Source: a virus. Taken from it: a stretch of DNA of 64,000 bases. Where the stretch lies: positions 32,001 to 96,000 of IMG/VR virus record IMGVR_UViG_3300044837_000085; one strand, 5' to 3'. Numbering within the stretch: position 1 is the first letter of the stretch; each line of letters begins with the position of its first letter. Position numbers and translations under genes: made by a program. Positions 1-9,706 of this stretch are shown one piece after another. The notes under the pieces were generated by a model. That model was not told the DNA's origin and did not search any database. It was given only the letters and a program-made list of their open reading frames with translations.

Positions 1-64
1 TTCTGGCCCCAATGCTCAAAGCGGAGCGTTTCGTGGGTCCGCCGATTTGGAAGCGTTGTGCGAG

Positions 65-2776
65 TCATTCCGCCGCCTCCGAGTCGATAGGAGCGAATAG
101 GCTTCCTGGCTCGAACGGTGCTTTGTCTTTCCCGAGTTGCTTGACCATGTGACGGGAGCCCTCTTCCCGGCCCATAAACGCAGCCTCGATGCGCGCTTTG
201 GCGAGCGTGGCGTATTCCGGGTTCAGTTCTATTATCGTGCTGTTGCGCCCCAGCGTGGCCGCTACAAGGGCCGTAGTGCCGGAGCCGCCGAACGGATCTA
301 ATACCTTGGCCGGCTCCGGTTCATGTTCTGGGCAATCGCATGAGGGCGTCCACCCAGTAGTGACGGATCGTGCGGGGCTAACCATAGTACCGCTTGTGCC
401 AGTCCGCGTGCCGCGCTCTTCATTGCGCGCCGTCTTCCGAATAACCATCGCTGTTTTTTCGGTCTCACGGGACCAAGGTGAGCCGCAGTGTGGGCAGTTG
501 CCCGCTTCCGATGTGCCTGCCTTTATCAGCGGCTCGATCAACGCGACTGGGAAAGTATTGCCGGTAATGAAAGGCTTGCCAGCACGGCGCGCTACCCAGA
601 ATGTTGATTCAACAGAAGGGCACCAAACTGTACCGGAATATCGTTCCCTACCGATCGGCGTATGCACGCCATCTGCACTGCGCAAAGTGAGCCAGCGACC
701 ATCAGTAAGATATAAAACGAAACAGCCTTCTTTTTTCGGCGCAATATGGCCGCGCCAACCGAGGCGCATACCCATACCTTGGATGATGTCCAGAAAACCT
801 CGATCTTTCTGAACTACACAGCATCGACCGTCAGATCGGCGATGGCCGTCGCCGTCGATAACAGCGTCAACAAACGCTCGAATCTCTGAAATCGGCCATG
901 ATAGCCAAGACCACGATGCATCCTTGCGGGGGCTTGCCATGTAGAGAGACTCCGCCACGTCCCCTCTCACTGAAAAGACGATCTCAATACTTGGGCGACC
1001 GCGCCATTCACGCGAGCGTTTGCTTTCTTTGAAGTCCGCTCCTAATTCACGGAGCAATGAGCGGATCGCTTCAACCTTCTTGGGATTTGCGCTTAATGAT
1101 TGGTATATCCTGATCCATTGGCCGCGTTTTTTCTCGCCCTCCGTAAGATACCATCCAAGCAGCGCCGCAAAAGTCTCGCCGTATCCGGGAGATTCAGACA
1201 CAACCAAATTTGCAGAGACGGGAACCTGCATACCAGGTTTTAGTTTTCCGGCTTCAACGACGCCCTCGCCGCTAACTCTGCGACGGACTAGGCAGCGATG
1301 GTTCTCGGTTAGCCGCTGAGAACTGTCGCGCTTTTCGATAGCCACAAGTTCGCCGTCAAACGGGTAGCGATGGAATGTAGCGCGTTGCCAGAACGCAATA
1401 CCCTTATCCCTGTCGTAGGCCGCAATTTCGTCGCCGTCACTTAGCTCTGCGTGCAATCGCCAGCCCCGCGGCGTGAGCGCCTCAGTAGCATCATCAACAC
1501 AAGCAAAATGGGCCTCGCTGAAGCCTTGAGGATTGGCATCGATCGCCAGCGGCGTCCCGTCGCCGTCCGATATCAAGCCGAAAGGAATTTCGATCGACGA
1601 AAAGAAAAGGTCGGTGTTGCGGAAGTTGCGTTCATTGAGAACTTCCGTGGTGCTTTCGTGCCACGAATCTTTCGCTTTGATATTCGTCTCATCGCCTACC
1701 GATTTTGGCGTAACGCCGGGCTTGCGGACAACCGCCTTCATATTCCCGTTTGTCTTCGCCCCACCGTTGGCGCGCGCTGACCCGGTTTGCGAGGCCACGT
1801 TCTGCGCAACCCGCGAATTAGTTGATGCAGAAGCGGCCTTGCGCACCGCGTCCGCGTCATACCAATAACGTTCCGATTTCGTCAGCAGCGCCACTTGCTC
1901 CAGAGAGTTCGCCGGACGATCCGTGACTGATTCCGGCATGCCGTTCCGCTTGATCCACGGCAGCTTTGAGCGAATCCACCAACCGTCGTCCTGAAGCGCG
2001 ATAAATAGCCGCTCCGGGACCATGCACAAATCCTTCGCTTTGAGGTATCCGCCACCGCGCCAGCGCAGCCCATCGTCACGCAAGCCCCAACCACCAACGT
2101 CAACGTCATCCCTGTCTTCGCCTGCGGTTATGCGCTTGCCGTTAGCGACGATCCTGCCGGTATTTCCCGCCTGCCCACCTGATCCTTTATTGCCGCTCCT
2201 GCCGCGACGATCTCCAGATTCGTGATCCGGCACAAATATTGGTCCGACTGTCGAGAACGGTTTATCCCGGAAGGTGCGATCATCATCGCCCTTCAGTTTT
2301 GTGTCCGCCGCACTTCGGCCGTTCGGTGCCGTGGCGTAGCAGTCGCCGTAATTGATCCAACAGACGCCAGTCGGCTTAAGGACGCGGCGCACCTCACGAA
2401 AGACATCGACCATGACGGAGATATGCTCGGCAAGAGTCGACTCCATACCGATCTGTTCGTCGACATAGACGGCCTCACACTTTGAACAATGGCCACCAGT
2501 AAACTTCGTCATGTTGGCGTATGTGTCGCCGTTCTTGCCTGGGTTTCCCGGACCCTTGACAGAATTCGCCCATGGTGTGCGATCGGTGCCAACTCGATCG
2601 TGTTGGCAATCAACGTCTCCACCTTCCCACTTTCCAGTTCCGTAATTCCGAAGTCCCCAGTAGGGCGGCGAGGTGCAGACACAATCAAAATGATCGTCCG
2701 GCAACGTCTTGAGCATTGCTCGCACGTCCCCGAGAAGCATCGTAACCTTGCCGTTGAGAAAAGTTTCAGCGGTCAT
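65..2776 (-). CDS. Amino-DNA methyltransferase (N4-C/N6-A, beta class) containing an intein
   Basis: N-terminal TSPPY motif, C-terminal DPFGGSGTT SAM motif, HFA...TFP motif split by an intein; probable start MTAETFLNG. Confidence 0.93.
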   Translation of the reverse strand: MTAETFLNGKVTMLLGDVRAMLKTLPDDHFDCVCTSPPYWGLRNYGTGKWEGGDVDCQHDRVGTDRTPWANSVKGPGNPGKNGDTYANMTKFTGGHCSKCEAVYVDEQIGMESTLAEHISVMVDVFREVRRVLKPTGVCWINYGDCYATAPNGRSAADTKLKGDDDRTFRDKPFSTVGPIFVPDHESGDRRGRSGNKGSGGQAGNTGRIVANGKRITAGEDRDDVDVGGWGLRDDGLRWRGGGYLKAKDLCMVPERLFIALQDDGWWIRSKLPWIKRNGMPESVTDRPANSLEQVALLTKSERYWYDADAVRKAASASTNSRVAQNVASQTGSARANGGAKTNGNMKAVVRKPGVTPKSVGDETNIKAKDSWHESTTEVLNERNFRNTDLFFSSIEIPFGLISDGDGTPLAIDANPQGFSEAHFACVDDATEALTPRGWRLHAELSDGDEIAAYDRDKGIAFWQRATFHRYPFDGELVAIEKRDSSQRLTENHRCLVRRRVSGEGVVEAGKLKPGMQVPVSANLVVSESPGYGETFAALLGWYLTEGEKKRGQWIRIYQSLSANPKKVEAIRSLLRELGADFKESKRSREWRGRPSIEIVFSVRGDVAESLYMASPRKDASWSWLSWPISEIRAFVDAVIDGDGHRRSDGRCCVVQKDRGFLDIIQGMGMRLGWRGHIAPKKEGCFVLYLTDGRWLTLRSADGVHTPIGRERYSGTVWCPSVESTFWVARRAGKPFITGNTFPVALIEPLIKAGTSEAGNCPHCGSPWSRETEKTAMVIRKTARNEERGTRTGTSGTMVSPARSVTTGWTPSCDCPEHEPEPAKVLDPFGGSGTTALVAATLGRNSTIIELNPEYATLAKARIEAAFMGREEGSRHMVKQLGKDKAPFEPGSLFAPIDSEAAE
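557..1501 (-). mobile_element. Intein (315 aa) with LAGLIDADG homing endonuclease
   Basis: Begins CVDDATEALT, block B LTENHR, LAGLIDADG-like LLGWYLTEG and FVDAVIDGDG, ends VWCPSV...ITGN followed by Thr. Confidence 0.92.
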
Positions 2777-2982
2777 TCCGAAGCGGCCTCGCGCCAATAA
2801 ACCCATTTGAACGTAGACCCCTGAACCGTCTGCGCCCTCCGCTTGATCTTCCCTTCCTCGCTTAGTTTGTAGAGATTCTGACCGACTGTTTCTTCAGCCC
2901 AGCAGTCTAGTGTTCGCCATATCTCGCGAGTCGAGAGCGCGTTTGATTCTCCGAATGGCACATGAGGTGTGACGTCGATCAT
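2773..2982 (-). CDS. Small putative winged-helix DNA-binding protein
   Basis: LSTREIW...LYKLSEEGKIKR pattern; coupled to both neighbours by ATGA overlaps. Confidence 0.5.
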   Translation of the reverse strand: MIDVTPHVPFGESNALSTREIWRTLDCWAEETVGQNLYKLSEEGKIKRRAQTVQGSTFKWVYWREAASE

Positions 2983-4079
2983 GCCGCCACCGCCTTTCGC
3001 GTCTTCGATCCGCACGGCATGAGAACGTTGACCGCGCTCGGCTCCGATCGATCGACAATCCGCAGCGGCTCGCGCTCGCTCTTGATGTAGAGGTCGAGTT
3101 TTTCACCGCGCATCGACTTCAGGGCTTCGCTGAACTGCGCTGCGCGAAGGCAAACGAACTTACCCTCCGCAGATTCGCATTCGATTGTTTCGGCGCCGTC
3201 CGCAACGCCGGTTGCCGAGATTGATATCTCGTCAGCGCCAACTGAAATATCGATCAGGTCCGAGCCGCTGAAATCCCCTACCGCCCGAAGTCGCGTCAGG
3301 CATTCCAGCATCGCGTCCTTATCGACCGTGATGCATCCTTCGACAGCAGCGGGGATTGTGCGACGATAGGTCTCCGGAAATGTCGAGTCGATGATCTTCG
3401 AACTGTAGACGCGCCCTTCGGAACTGATCGAAATGATGCGGCTCGAGATCGTGAGTTCGCCGCCACCGATCTTGATAATTTCGTCCGCCGCAGTGCGTGG
3501 GATGATCGCGCCCACGAATCCCTTCGCTTCCAAGCCGGTCGAGAACCGCATCAGGAAGTTGCCGTTGGTCGCCACGGAGCAGACCTTGCCTTCGTCGCTG
3601 TGCAAGTAAAATCCCTGAAAACACAGCCGAGACTCCTTGACGTCGATCGTCGGGCGAGGTCGGACAAGCAGTTGTTCAAGGTCCGCGGAGGATACGGACA
3701 GCTTGAACCCATCCTCAGCGGTCAGTGCGTTCGGCATGTCGGCGGCTGGTAAAATCGGTAGCTTGTACCTGGATCGCCCCGACTTGATGATCGCGTCCTG
3801 ACCAATAACCTCGATCGCGACGCTCGCCGCCTTGGGCAGACCGGCAACCAGCCGAGCGAACGGCGCGCCTGGGATTGCACAGGCACCGGGCGCGGCGACT
3901 TCAGCTTCGATCGTCGCTTCGCTGGAAGAATCCAGATCGTGTCCGAGCAGAACAAGTTTGTCGTCTACTGCCTCGCACCGCACATGCTGCAAGATCGGAA
4001 TAACGGTATGCGGCTTGGTGCGGTCACAGGGGCCGCGAAGTGCGGTCGAGAGATCGCCCGCATTTACGGTGCATTTCAT
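2979..4079 (-). CDS. dnaN: DNA polymerase III beta sliding clamp homolog
   Basis: 366 aa; IPILQHV, GHDLD, VATNG, SKIIDSTFP and terminal VLMP motifs of beta clamps. Confidence 0.88.
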   Translation of the reverse strand: MKCTVNAGDLSTALRGPCDRTKPHTVIPILQHVRCEAVDDKLVLLGHDLDSSSEATIEAEVAAPGACAIPGAPFARLVAGLPKAASVAIEVIGQDAIIKSGRSRYKLPILPAADMPNALTAEDGFKLSVSSADLEQLLVRPRPTIDVKESRLCFQGFYLHSDEGKVCSVATNGNFLMRFSTGLEAKGFVGAIIPRTAADEIIKIGGGELTISSRIISISSEGRVYSSKIIDSTFPETYRRTIPAAVEGCITVDKDAMLECLTRLRAVGDFSGSDLIDISVGADEISISATGVADGAETIECESAEGKFVCLRAAQFSEALKSMRGEKLDLYIKSEREPLRIVDRSEPSAVNVLMPCGSKTRKAVAA

Positions 4080-4399
4080 GGCTTCCGCCCCACCGCATCA
4101 TGAAGTCTGACGATGGCTCGATTTGCTCTTTCGGACTGCGGGACGTCGAATTTCAGCGGGGCGACACGCTCGCATTCATCCAGGAATGCATGGATCGCTT
4201 CCTCTGCATGATCTTCGACGTCGTCTCCGGTATCTTCGAGTTCGATAATCTCGCCCTGAAGTTCCTCGATCCGCGCTTCCTTCTTGTCCAGATGGCTATC
4301 CGCGTCGACCAGCAGCTTTTGCAGCCGTGAAATCTCTTCATGACAGCGCGTCACGGTCTTCGGATATTCAACGTCGCTTTCGTCAAGCAAATAGCTCAT
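4076..4399 (-). CDS. Hypothetical acidic coiled-coil protein
   Basis: ORF translationally coupled within the operon. Confidence 0.6.
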   Translation of the reverse strand: MSYLLDESDVEYPKTVTRCHEEISRLQKLLVDADSHLDKKEARIEELQGEIIELEDTGDDVEDHAEEAIHAFLDECERVAPLKFDVPQSERANRAIVRLHDAVGRKP

Positions 4400-4641
4400 G
4401 CCGATACCTCCACAAGTCGATATCCCTTGCCGCGGACGTTGTTCACGTCGAAACCGTAGGGCCGAAGCTTCTTTCTCAGATTGCAGACCCAGACTTTGCG
4501 AGAGCCTTTATTGTGGTTCCTGCAGTGGGGAAGAATCTTTGGATAGGATTCGCGCAGATCGGTGAGTAGCCGCGCCTCAGCCGGCCGCAGACCGTAGACG
4601 CGGGCCGCGATGATCTCGCCTTCGTTGAGGAACGTCACCAT
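4396..4641 (-). CDS. Stand-alone OmpR/CtrA-type winged-helix DNA-binding domain
   Basis: KVWVCNLRKKL...NVRGKGYRL matches the Trans_reg_C recognition helix and wing; no receiver domain. Confidence 0.75.
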   Translation of the reverse strand: MVTFLNEGEIIAARVYGLRPAEARLLTDLRESYPKILPHCRNHNKGSRKVWVCNLRKKLRPYGFDVNNVRGKGYRLVEVSA

Positions 4642-5183
4642 CACGCAACGTTCCTTTGCGCTCTGCGATATTCCTGCGTTCGTAACTGAACGATCTGCGC
4701 TCGTTCTAGCTGTGTGCGCTTGATGGGATTGCGGACGATCTCCCAACAATGCGGGCAGTAGCTTTCGCCCTTTCGCGTTTCGTTACCGCATGCGAGATAG
4801 CCCGGTCCTGGCGGTTCGTCCGCGATATATCGACACTGGTTGGGCGACTCGTTCTTGAAGTCGCGAAGATCGGCAAACGGAATACGCAGATCGCCAACGT
4901 ATGGCGCTGGTTTGATGGGTGGAAAATCTGCCATCTTCTTTTCCTCATTGGGCGCCCGGTGGCGGTGGTTACGGTCGTAAAGTCTCTGGCGCTCGTTTCG
5001 TCTGCGCTGCAATTCCTCTTGGGGTAAGCGCGGCTTTGTCGCCCGGCTCGGGAGGTTAAGACGGCTGCATTTTCCTATTGCCGCATTCCTCGTGATCCCC
5101 ATTGCTGCTGCTATTTCGGACATGGACATGCCGGTCGCATGAAGGCGTTTTAGTTCTGCGGTTTTGTAGTCATTCCAAATCAT
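4641..5183 (-). CDS. gcrA: GcrA cell-cycle regulator homolog
   Basis: W...LKRLHATGMSMSEIAAAMGITRNAAIGKCSRL N-terminus; CRYI...ACG...SYCPHC C-terminal domain. Confidence 0.9.
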   Translation of the reverse strand: MIWNDYKTAELKRLHATGMSMSEIAAAMGITRNAAIGKCSRLNLPSRATKPRLPQEELQRRRNERQRLYDRNHRHRAPNEEKKMADFPPIKPAPYVGDLRIPFADLRDFKNESPNQCRYIADEPPGPGYLACGNETRKGESYCPHCWEIVRNPIKRTQLERAQIVQLRTQEYRRAQRNVA

Positions 5184-5725
5184 GCCACCCTCGCGAATTC
5201 GCCAAAGTGCTCATGAGCCGCGCGGACATATGCGGAGTGCGCCTCTTCCGCAGTATGGAAGTAGCCCAGGAAAATGAGACGCTTGTTGCCGTTCTCGTTG
5301 ATCTTTATTTGACTTCGCCACTTCATGCCTTTGCGACAGGCGTGATAGAACGCGCCCTTCAATCCGGCGCGATTGTTCGATTGAGCTCCCCTGTTCTGCT
5401 TTTGCTCGGAAGATGTCGCTATCCGGAGGTTGTCGATGGCATTATTGGAAGGATCGTTATCCTTGTGATCTATTTCGGCGCCGCCGATCTGGATTCCATG
5501 AATATAAATCCAAGCTAGCCGATGCGCGGCAAACTGCCCAAGTCCTTTAACGCCAATGTAAATATAACCAAGCCGCCTCTTGGTCCCTGCGATATCTCCA
5601 GCCTTTCTCTTGCCGCCGCGCGTATCATTCTTCCAGCGGAATATTCCTGTCGCGTGATCGTAGCTAAACAGTTCGTGCAACAGCGCTTGGTTGGGAAGCT
5701 TACGCAATCGACCCTCCAAGCTCAC
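5180..5725 (-). CDS. HNH endonuclease with AP2-like domain
   Basis: [37 protein letters not shown]. Confidence 0.9.
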   Translation of the reverse strand: MSLEGRLRKLPNQALLHELFSYDHATGIFRWKNDTRGGKRKAGDIAGTKRRLGYIYIGVKGLGQFAAHRLAWIYIHGIQIGGAEIDHKDNDPSNNAIDNLRIATSSEQKQNRGAQSNNRAGLKGAFYHACRKGMKWRSQIKINENGNKRLIFLGYFHTAEEAHSAYVRAAHEHFGEFARVA

Positions 5726-6953
5726 GGGTTATCGCTTCGACATCGGCATTAAGCTGAGCGTCAATTCTGCGCAGTTCGCTTATCTTTTTAGCGCCGTGAT
5801 AAACCGAACTGTGATCTCTTCCGCCGAACCTGCGGCCAATCTCCGGCAGAGACTTGAGGGTCAGCACCTTCGAAAGATAATAACCAACTTGGCGCGGCCT
5901 CACGACGGCTGCGGTACGTCGCGCCGACAGAATGTCGGAACGAGTCACGCCATAATGCCGGGCGCAAGCTACCTGTATTTCGTCGATCCTGATCTTGCGG
6001 GGTTCCGTTGGAAGTATCAGATCGCGTATTTCGCGCTCCGCCATATCCAATGTGATGACGCATTCATTGAGTTTGCTTTGAGCCAAAAGCCGATTGACTG
6101 CGGCCTCGATGTCGCGCCCGCATTTGACAACCGCGCCTACAATGAATTCCCGAACCGTATCCGGGATATCAAACGTCGGATGATAGAGCCGCGCAGCCTC
6201 GATCCGATGCTGCAGAATGTCTATCCGTTGCTCCTCAGCCGGCCTTCCGATCTCAACGACAAGGCCAGCGACGAGGCGCGATCTGGTCCTTTCATCCAGT
6301 ATCTCAAGATCGCTCGGCAAACGGTCGGCGGCTAGGACAACTTGTCTGCCACCATCGAGCGCGGCGTTTACCGTATGACAGAACTCGGCATGGGTCGGTT
6401 TGCCCTGCAGGAACTGGAGGTCGTCGATGATAAGCACGTCAAGACAGCGAAGCGAATGTTTGAACTCCACCGCCGCTTGCCGCTTGATCGAGTCAAAGAA
6501 GCTGTAGACGAATTTTTCAGCCGTGAGATAAAGCACCTTGCGGTCTTCGCAATTTCCCGCCAGCGCGATTGCTTGGAGTAGATGTGTTTTGCCGAGCCCT
6601 ACGCCAGCATGAATGTAGAGCGGATTGAACATGACCGGATCGCCACGGCGTCCGTCAGCGATCTGACGGGCTGCGGCATGGGCAAGATTGTTGCTGCGAC
6701 CAATTGAAAATCCGGCGAAGGTGAGCCGCGGATCAAGCGATGACCCTCCCAGGTCATGATGCGCCTTGGCGTCGGCCATCGGATCTTTCGCACGGACGAT
6801 CGCGGCCTTCGGCACAGGGATATCCAGCATGACGGTTGCTTTCCGCGGTGAATTGAAAAGACGGTCTCGGCGGTCCTTGCGCGCAGCGATGCGTTCCGTG
6901 AGCGGGACGTCGAGATAGGGGTCGTGCTGAACGAGCATCGCAATTGCTTCCAT
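5700..6953 (-). CDS. dnaA: DnaA homolog (AAA+ domain III and DNA-binding domain IV, no canonical domain I)
   Basis: [18 protein letters not shown] Walker [10 protein letters not shown] Walker [22 protein letters not shown]. Confidence 0.93.
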   Translation of the reverse strand: MEAIAMLVQHDPYLDVPLTERIAARKDRRDRLFNSPRKATVMLDIPVPKAAIVRAKDPMADAKAHHDLGGSSLDPRLTFAGFSIGRSNNLAHAAARQIADGRRGDPVMFNPLYIHAGVGLGKTHLLQAIALAGNCEDRKVLYLTAEKFVYSFFDSIKRQAAVEFKHSLRCLDVLIIDDLQFLQGKPTHAEFCHTVNAALDGGRQVVLAADRLPSDLEILDERTRSRLVAGLVVEIGRPAEEQRIDILQHRIEAARLYHPTFDIPDTVREFIVGAVVKCGRDIEAAVNRLLAQSKLNECVITLDMAEREIRDLILPTEPRKIRIDEIQVACARHYGVTRSDILSARRTAAVVRPRQVGYYLSKVLTLKSLPEIGRRFGGRDHSSVYHGAKKISELRRIDAQLNADVEAITRELGGSIA

Positions 6954-7111
6954 TTGAAAATCTCTCCCTACTCACAATGTCCGAAACCGGACAAACCAAA
7001 TTCCGGAGCAAAAGCCAGCGTTCATCGGGCCGGTTCCCGATTTTTCTTCCAGCCTCAGAAATCCCGCTGAGGCCCGCACTGTTAGGATTGTGATGCTACT
7101 GGAACTAAAAC

Positions 7112-7516
7112 TTAGCCAACCGTGGTCTTGTTCTGCGCTTCCGCCGTTTCATGTTCGGCAATCCGTCGCTTAACTTCCGTCATCGCCGCAGCGCTTATCA
7201 GTTTGAACTGAAGTGGAGCGAGCATCGTCCTTGCGCAGTCGATAAAGGTTTCCTCGAAGCCGCGAATGGCCTGACGCCGCAGGTGAGCGCGCTGGCGCAG
7301 TTCGCTAATCTCGGTCTGCATGGCAAGTTTTCGCAGACCGAGTTCTTTCTTCTCGCTACGCCCCGCGTTTTTAATTCTATCCTCAAGGATCGAAAGTCCC
7401 TCCTTCAACTGTCGCAGTTGCTCTTCTGAAGACAGTTGCTCGGTTCCATTCACCCAATCTCTTGGGGTTCCCTGGTGCAGAACTTTTTGGCGTCTGTCGG
7501 ATGCAACCTTGTACAT
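7112..7516 (-). CDS. Hypothetical coiled-coil protein
   Basis: 134-aa ORF in operon orientation. Confidence 0.55.
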   Translation of the reverse strand: MYKVASDRRQKVLHQGTPRDWVNGTEQLSSEEQLRQLKEGLSILEDRIKNAGRSEKKELGLRKLAMQTEISELRQRAHLRRQAIRGFEETFIDCARTMLAPLQFKLISAAAMTEVKRRIAEHETAEAQNKTTVG

Positions 7517-7528
7517 TTAGTGCAGACC

Positions 7529-7951
7529 CTATTTCGCTGTAACGTGATCGACGTTATCCAGACAGTCCTTCAACGGTCGCGCGGCTTGCTGGATCTTCCG
7601 TCGCTCGTTCGGTGTGAAGACGCCATCCATCGCCGCCTCGAGAACGGTGAATGCAAAGTGCCCGGCCGCCCTAGAGAATTCCGCGATGATGTGGAAGACG
7701 CTCGCTACCGGCGCCGGATTGACCTTGCGAGCAATCAAATCGAACCCGCTTTCGCGCGCCAGTTCCTTGAGGAAGAAATTGCCCGATGCCCGATCAAGAT
7801 CAACCCAATGGTCAATCGGGATGTATCGCGTGTTGTCTGGGTTGCACCAATAGCTCAACTCGGTTTCGGAAACGCCAAGCATCTTCGAGACGTCGTGGCG
7901 GCTTCCCGTGCGCTCAATCGCATGGGCTGTGAGTTCTTTGAGGTCGGACAT
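7529..7951 (-). CDS. Putative CII-like phage regulatory protein
   Basis: HTH (VSKMLGVSETELSYW) and DGVFTPNE motif; GGGAGG RBS; lies downstream of cro. Confidence 0.6.
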   Translation of the reverse strand: MSDLKELTAHAIERTGSRHDVSKMLGVSETELSYWCNPDNTRYIPIDHWVDLDRASGNFFLKELARESGFDLIARKVNPAPVASVFHIIAEFSRAAGHFAFTVLEAAMDGVFTPNERRKIQQAARPLKDCLDNVDHVTAK

Positions 7952-8270
7952 TTTACAAAACCTCCCCGGTTAAAACATTCCATTTATGTTCGCTATCGCA
8001 ATAAACGTGCAGAAAATTCAGCGCGGGCACATCATCCAGGCATTAAAGGAGGTGCCTTATGTTGGATTTTTGCCTGCTCTCGATTATCGGAATTAGCCTG
8101 ATCGCCGCCGCGCTTGCGGGACATGGCATTCTGTGTGAGATCAAGCGCCGTGACATTGCTGTCCATGTCGCGCTGCATCCGGATACGCGCAGCACGAATT
8201 TCGATGAGGATGACGCCGATCATGCATGATGCGATGAAAAGCAGCGCCGCTCCTATGTTGGGCTGCCACG

Positions 8271-9401
8271 TCATGCTGAAACGCCTGCCAGTTTGAGCAA
8301 TGAGCCGATGATGCTGCGCGTTCGTTCTGGATGGAAAACTTCATCGAGATCGAGATCGCGCGGGTGACTGTCGAGACAGATCGGCAACGGGTAGACCGGC
8401 GGATCATCGAAATCGCCGACATCATCCGGCTCTTTGATTTCCTCGAAGAGCGATTGGAAATTTGGCGCTGCATGGCGCTCAACTTTTGGAAGCGGTGGCG
8501 AGATTTTGTCCTTGCACCGACGCGCTGCGTAAACGGAAAAGAGTTCGGGTATGTATTGCGTCTCGGAATCAGGAATTGATGCGCCATGCGAGGCTCCCGG
8601 TGGCGCCCGGTATGTGACGGCCCTCGCTGCTAGATCATCGGCGTTGCAGTCCTTTCCGATGACCTCGACCTTCTTAGGTGCGCTCTTACCCGAGCCCGCG
8701 TCCACTTCAGATGCTCGGCTGTTTTCGCTTCCGGTCTCGCAAAGTGGCTTGGAGATCGGACCTAGTGCTGCGGTCGGTATTGAATTAGCTGCCCCGAAAA
8801 TATCGCGTTCGGGGCCACACGCGGCAGGAGCTGTACTGCTTGCCGATCCCGCGTTCAGGGATGTGTTTTCAAGTGCGGTCGGCGCTTCATCTAAATCTAA
8901 AGCCGATGTTATAAATGAAGGAGTTATAGGGTCATGGCAGCCTCCTGCGTTGGCCCGGTCGATCGACATCCCTGATGCAATCGATGGGCTGGGCCTTGCG
9001 GGCACATCATGGCCTTCGCAAGGGATTCCTGAATTAGAAAAAGCGGCGGGCGCTGGAATTTGCAGGTCAGCGCCCGCCGAATTCGGTGCATCAACCTGGG
9101 CAGGTAGTGACGCGACCGAGTCTGAATTGGAAAAATCGGCTGGTGCAGAAGGGGGAGCAACGGCACCAGCCGCCGACGCGTCACAAGGGGCGGCCGAGGA
9201 CGCGGCGGATAGGGATTCGCCCGCTGCATATACCGATGTCTCCAACGGCACGGCCTCTCCCGAAGGCAGAGGTTCGAAAGGGACAGCGGGCGAAACAGGA
9301 ATAACAACGGTCGCCGCCACGGGGGTTAGGGCATGGGAGACGACGACCGTATCCGCGCTGGTGGCGGAATTGAATTCGAATGGATTAGGAAGCTTCGTCA
9401 T
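8271..9401 (-). CDS. Low-complexity Ala/Ser/Pro-rich ORF overlapping a hairpin array
   Basis: ATGA-coupled at both ends, but no recognisable domain. Confidence 0.4.
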   Translation of the reverse strand: MTKLPNPFEFNSATSADTVVVSHALTPVAATVVIPVSPAVPFEPLPSGEAVPLETSVYAAGESLSAASSAAPCDASAAGAVAPPSAPADFSNSDSVASLPAQVDAPNSAGADLQIPAPAAFSNSGIPCEGHDVPARPSPSIASGMSIDRANAGGCHDPITPSFITSALDLDEAPTALENTSLNAGSASSTAPAACGPERDIFGAANSIPTAALGPISKPLCETGSENSRASEVDAGSGKSAPKKVEVIGKDCNADDLAARAVTYRAPPGASHGASIPDSETQYIPELFSVYAARRCKDKISPPLPKVERHAAPNFQSLFEEIKEPDDVGDFDDPPVYPLPICLDSHPRDLDLDEVFHPERTRSIIGSLLKLAGVSA

Positions 9402-9706
9402 GCTTCCACCTTTTGAGAAGCGGAGCGGAGGATTTCATGAGCGAATTCGATAGAAGTCTCGCGCTCTGTGACAGGACGAAAACGATCGAGGCGGAAACTA
9501 GGCTCCGAATCCTCTGCGTTAAGCCAAGATGCAACGGGGTTACGAAGTTCCTCAAGCAGCACACCAACAGTGTTTACTGCAGTGATGAATGGCAGATCGC
9601 GAATAGTGTAAATATTTCCGCGCACCGGATACATGCGGAAGAGGACGAAGCGTTCATCCATGGAATCATCAACGCAAACCACTTTTTGCCCAACATGAAA
9701 TGTCAT
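9398..9706 (-). CDS. Hypothetical phage protein (SH3-like FHVGQKVVCVDDS start)
   Basis: Typical phage N-terminus; GGGG RBS. Confidence 0.6.
   Translation of the reverse strand: MTFHVGQKVVCVDDSMDERFVLFRMYPVRGNIYTIRDLPFITAVNTVGVLLEELRNPVASWLNAEDSEPSFRLDRFRPVTERETSIEFAHEILRSASQKVEA

Noticed and set aside
65-2776. Calling the MTase ccrM
   Set aside because: SPPY motif and large inserts differ from the DPPY-type CcrM; target specificity cannot be read from the sequence
2979-6953. Host chromosomal dnaA-dnaN origin region
   Set aside because: Genes are separated by phage ORFs, DnaN is divergent, and recF, gyrB and DnaA-box clusters are absent
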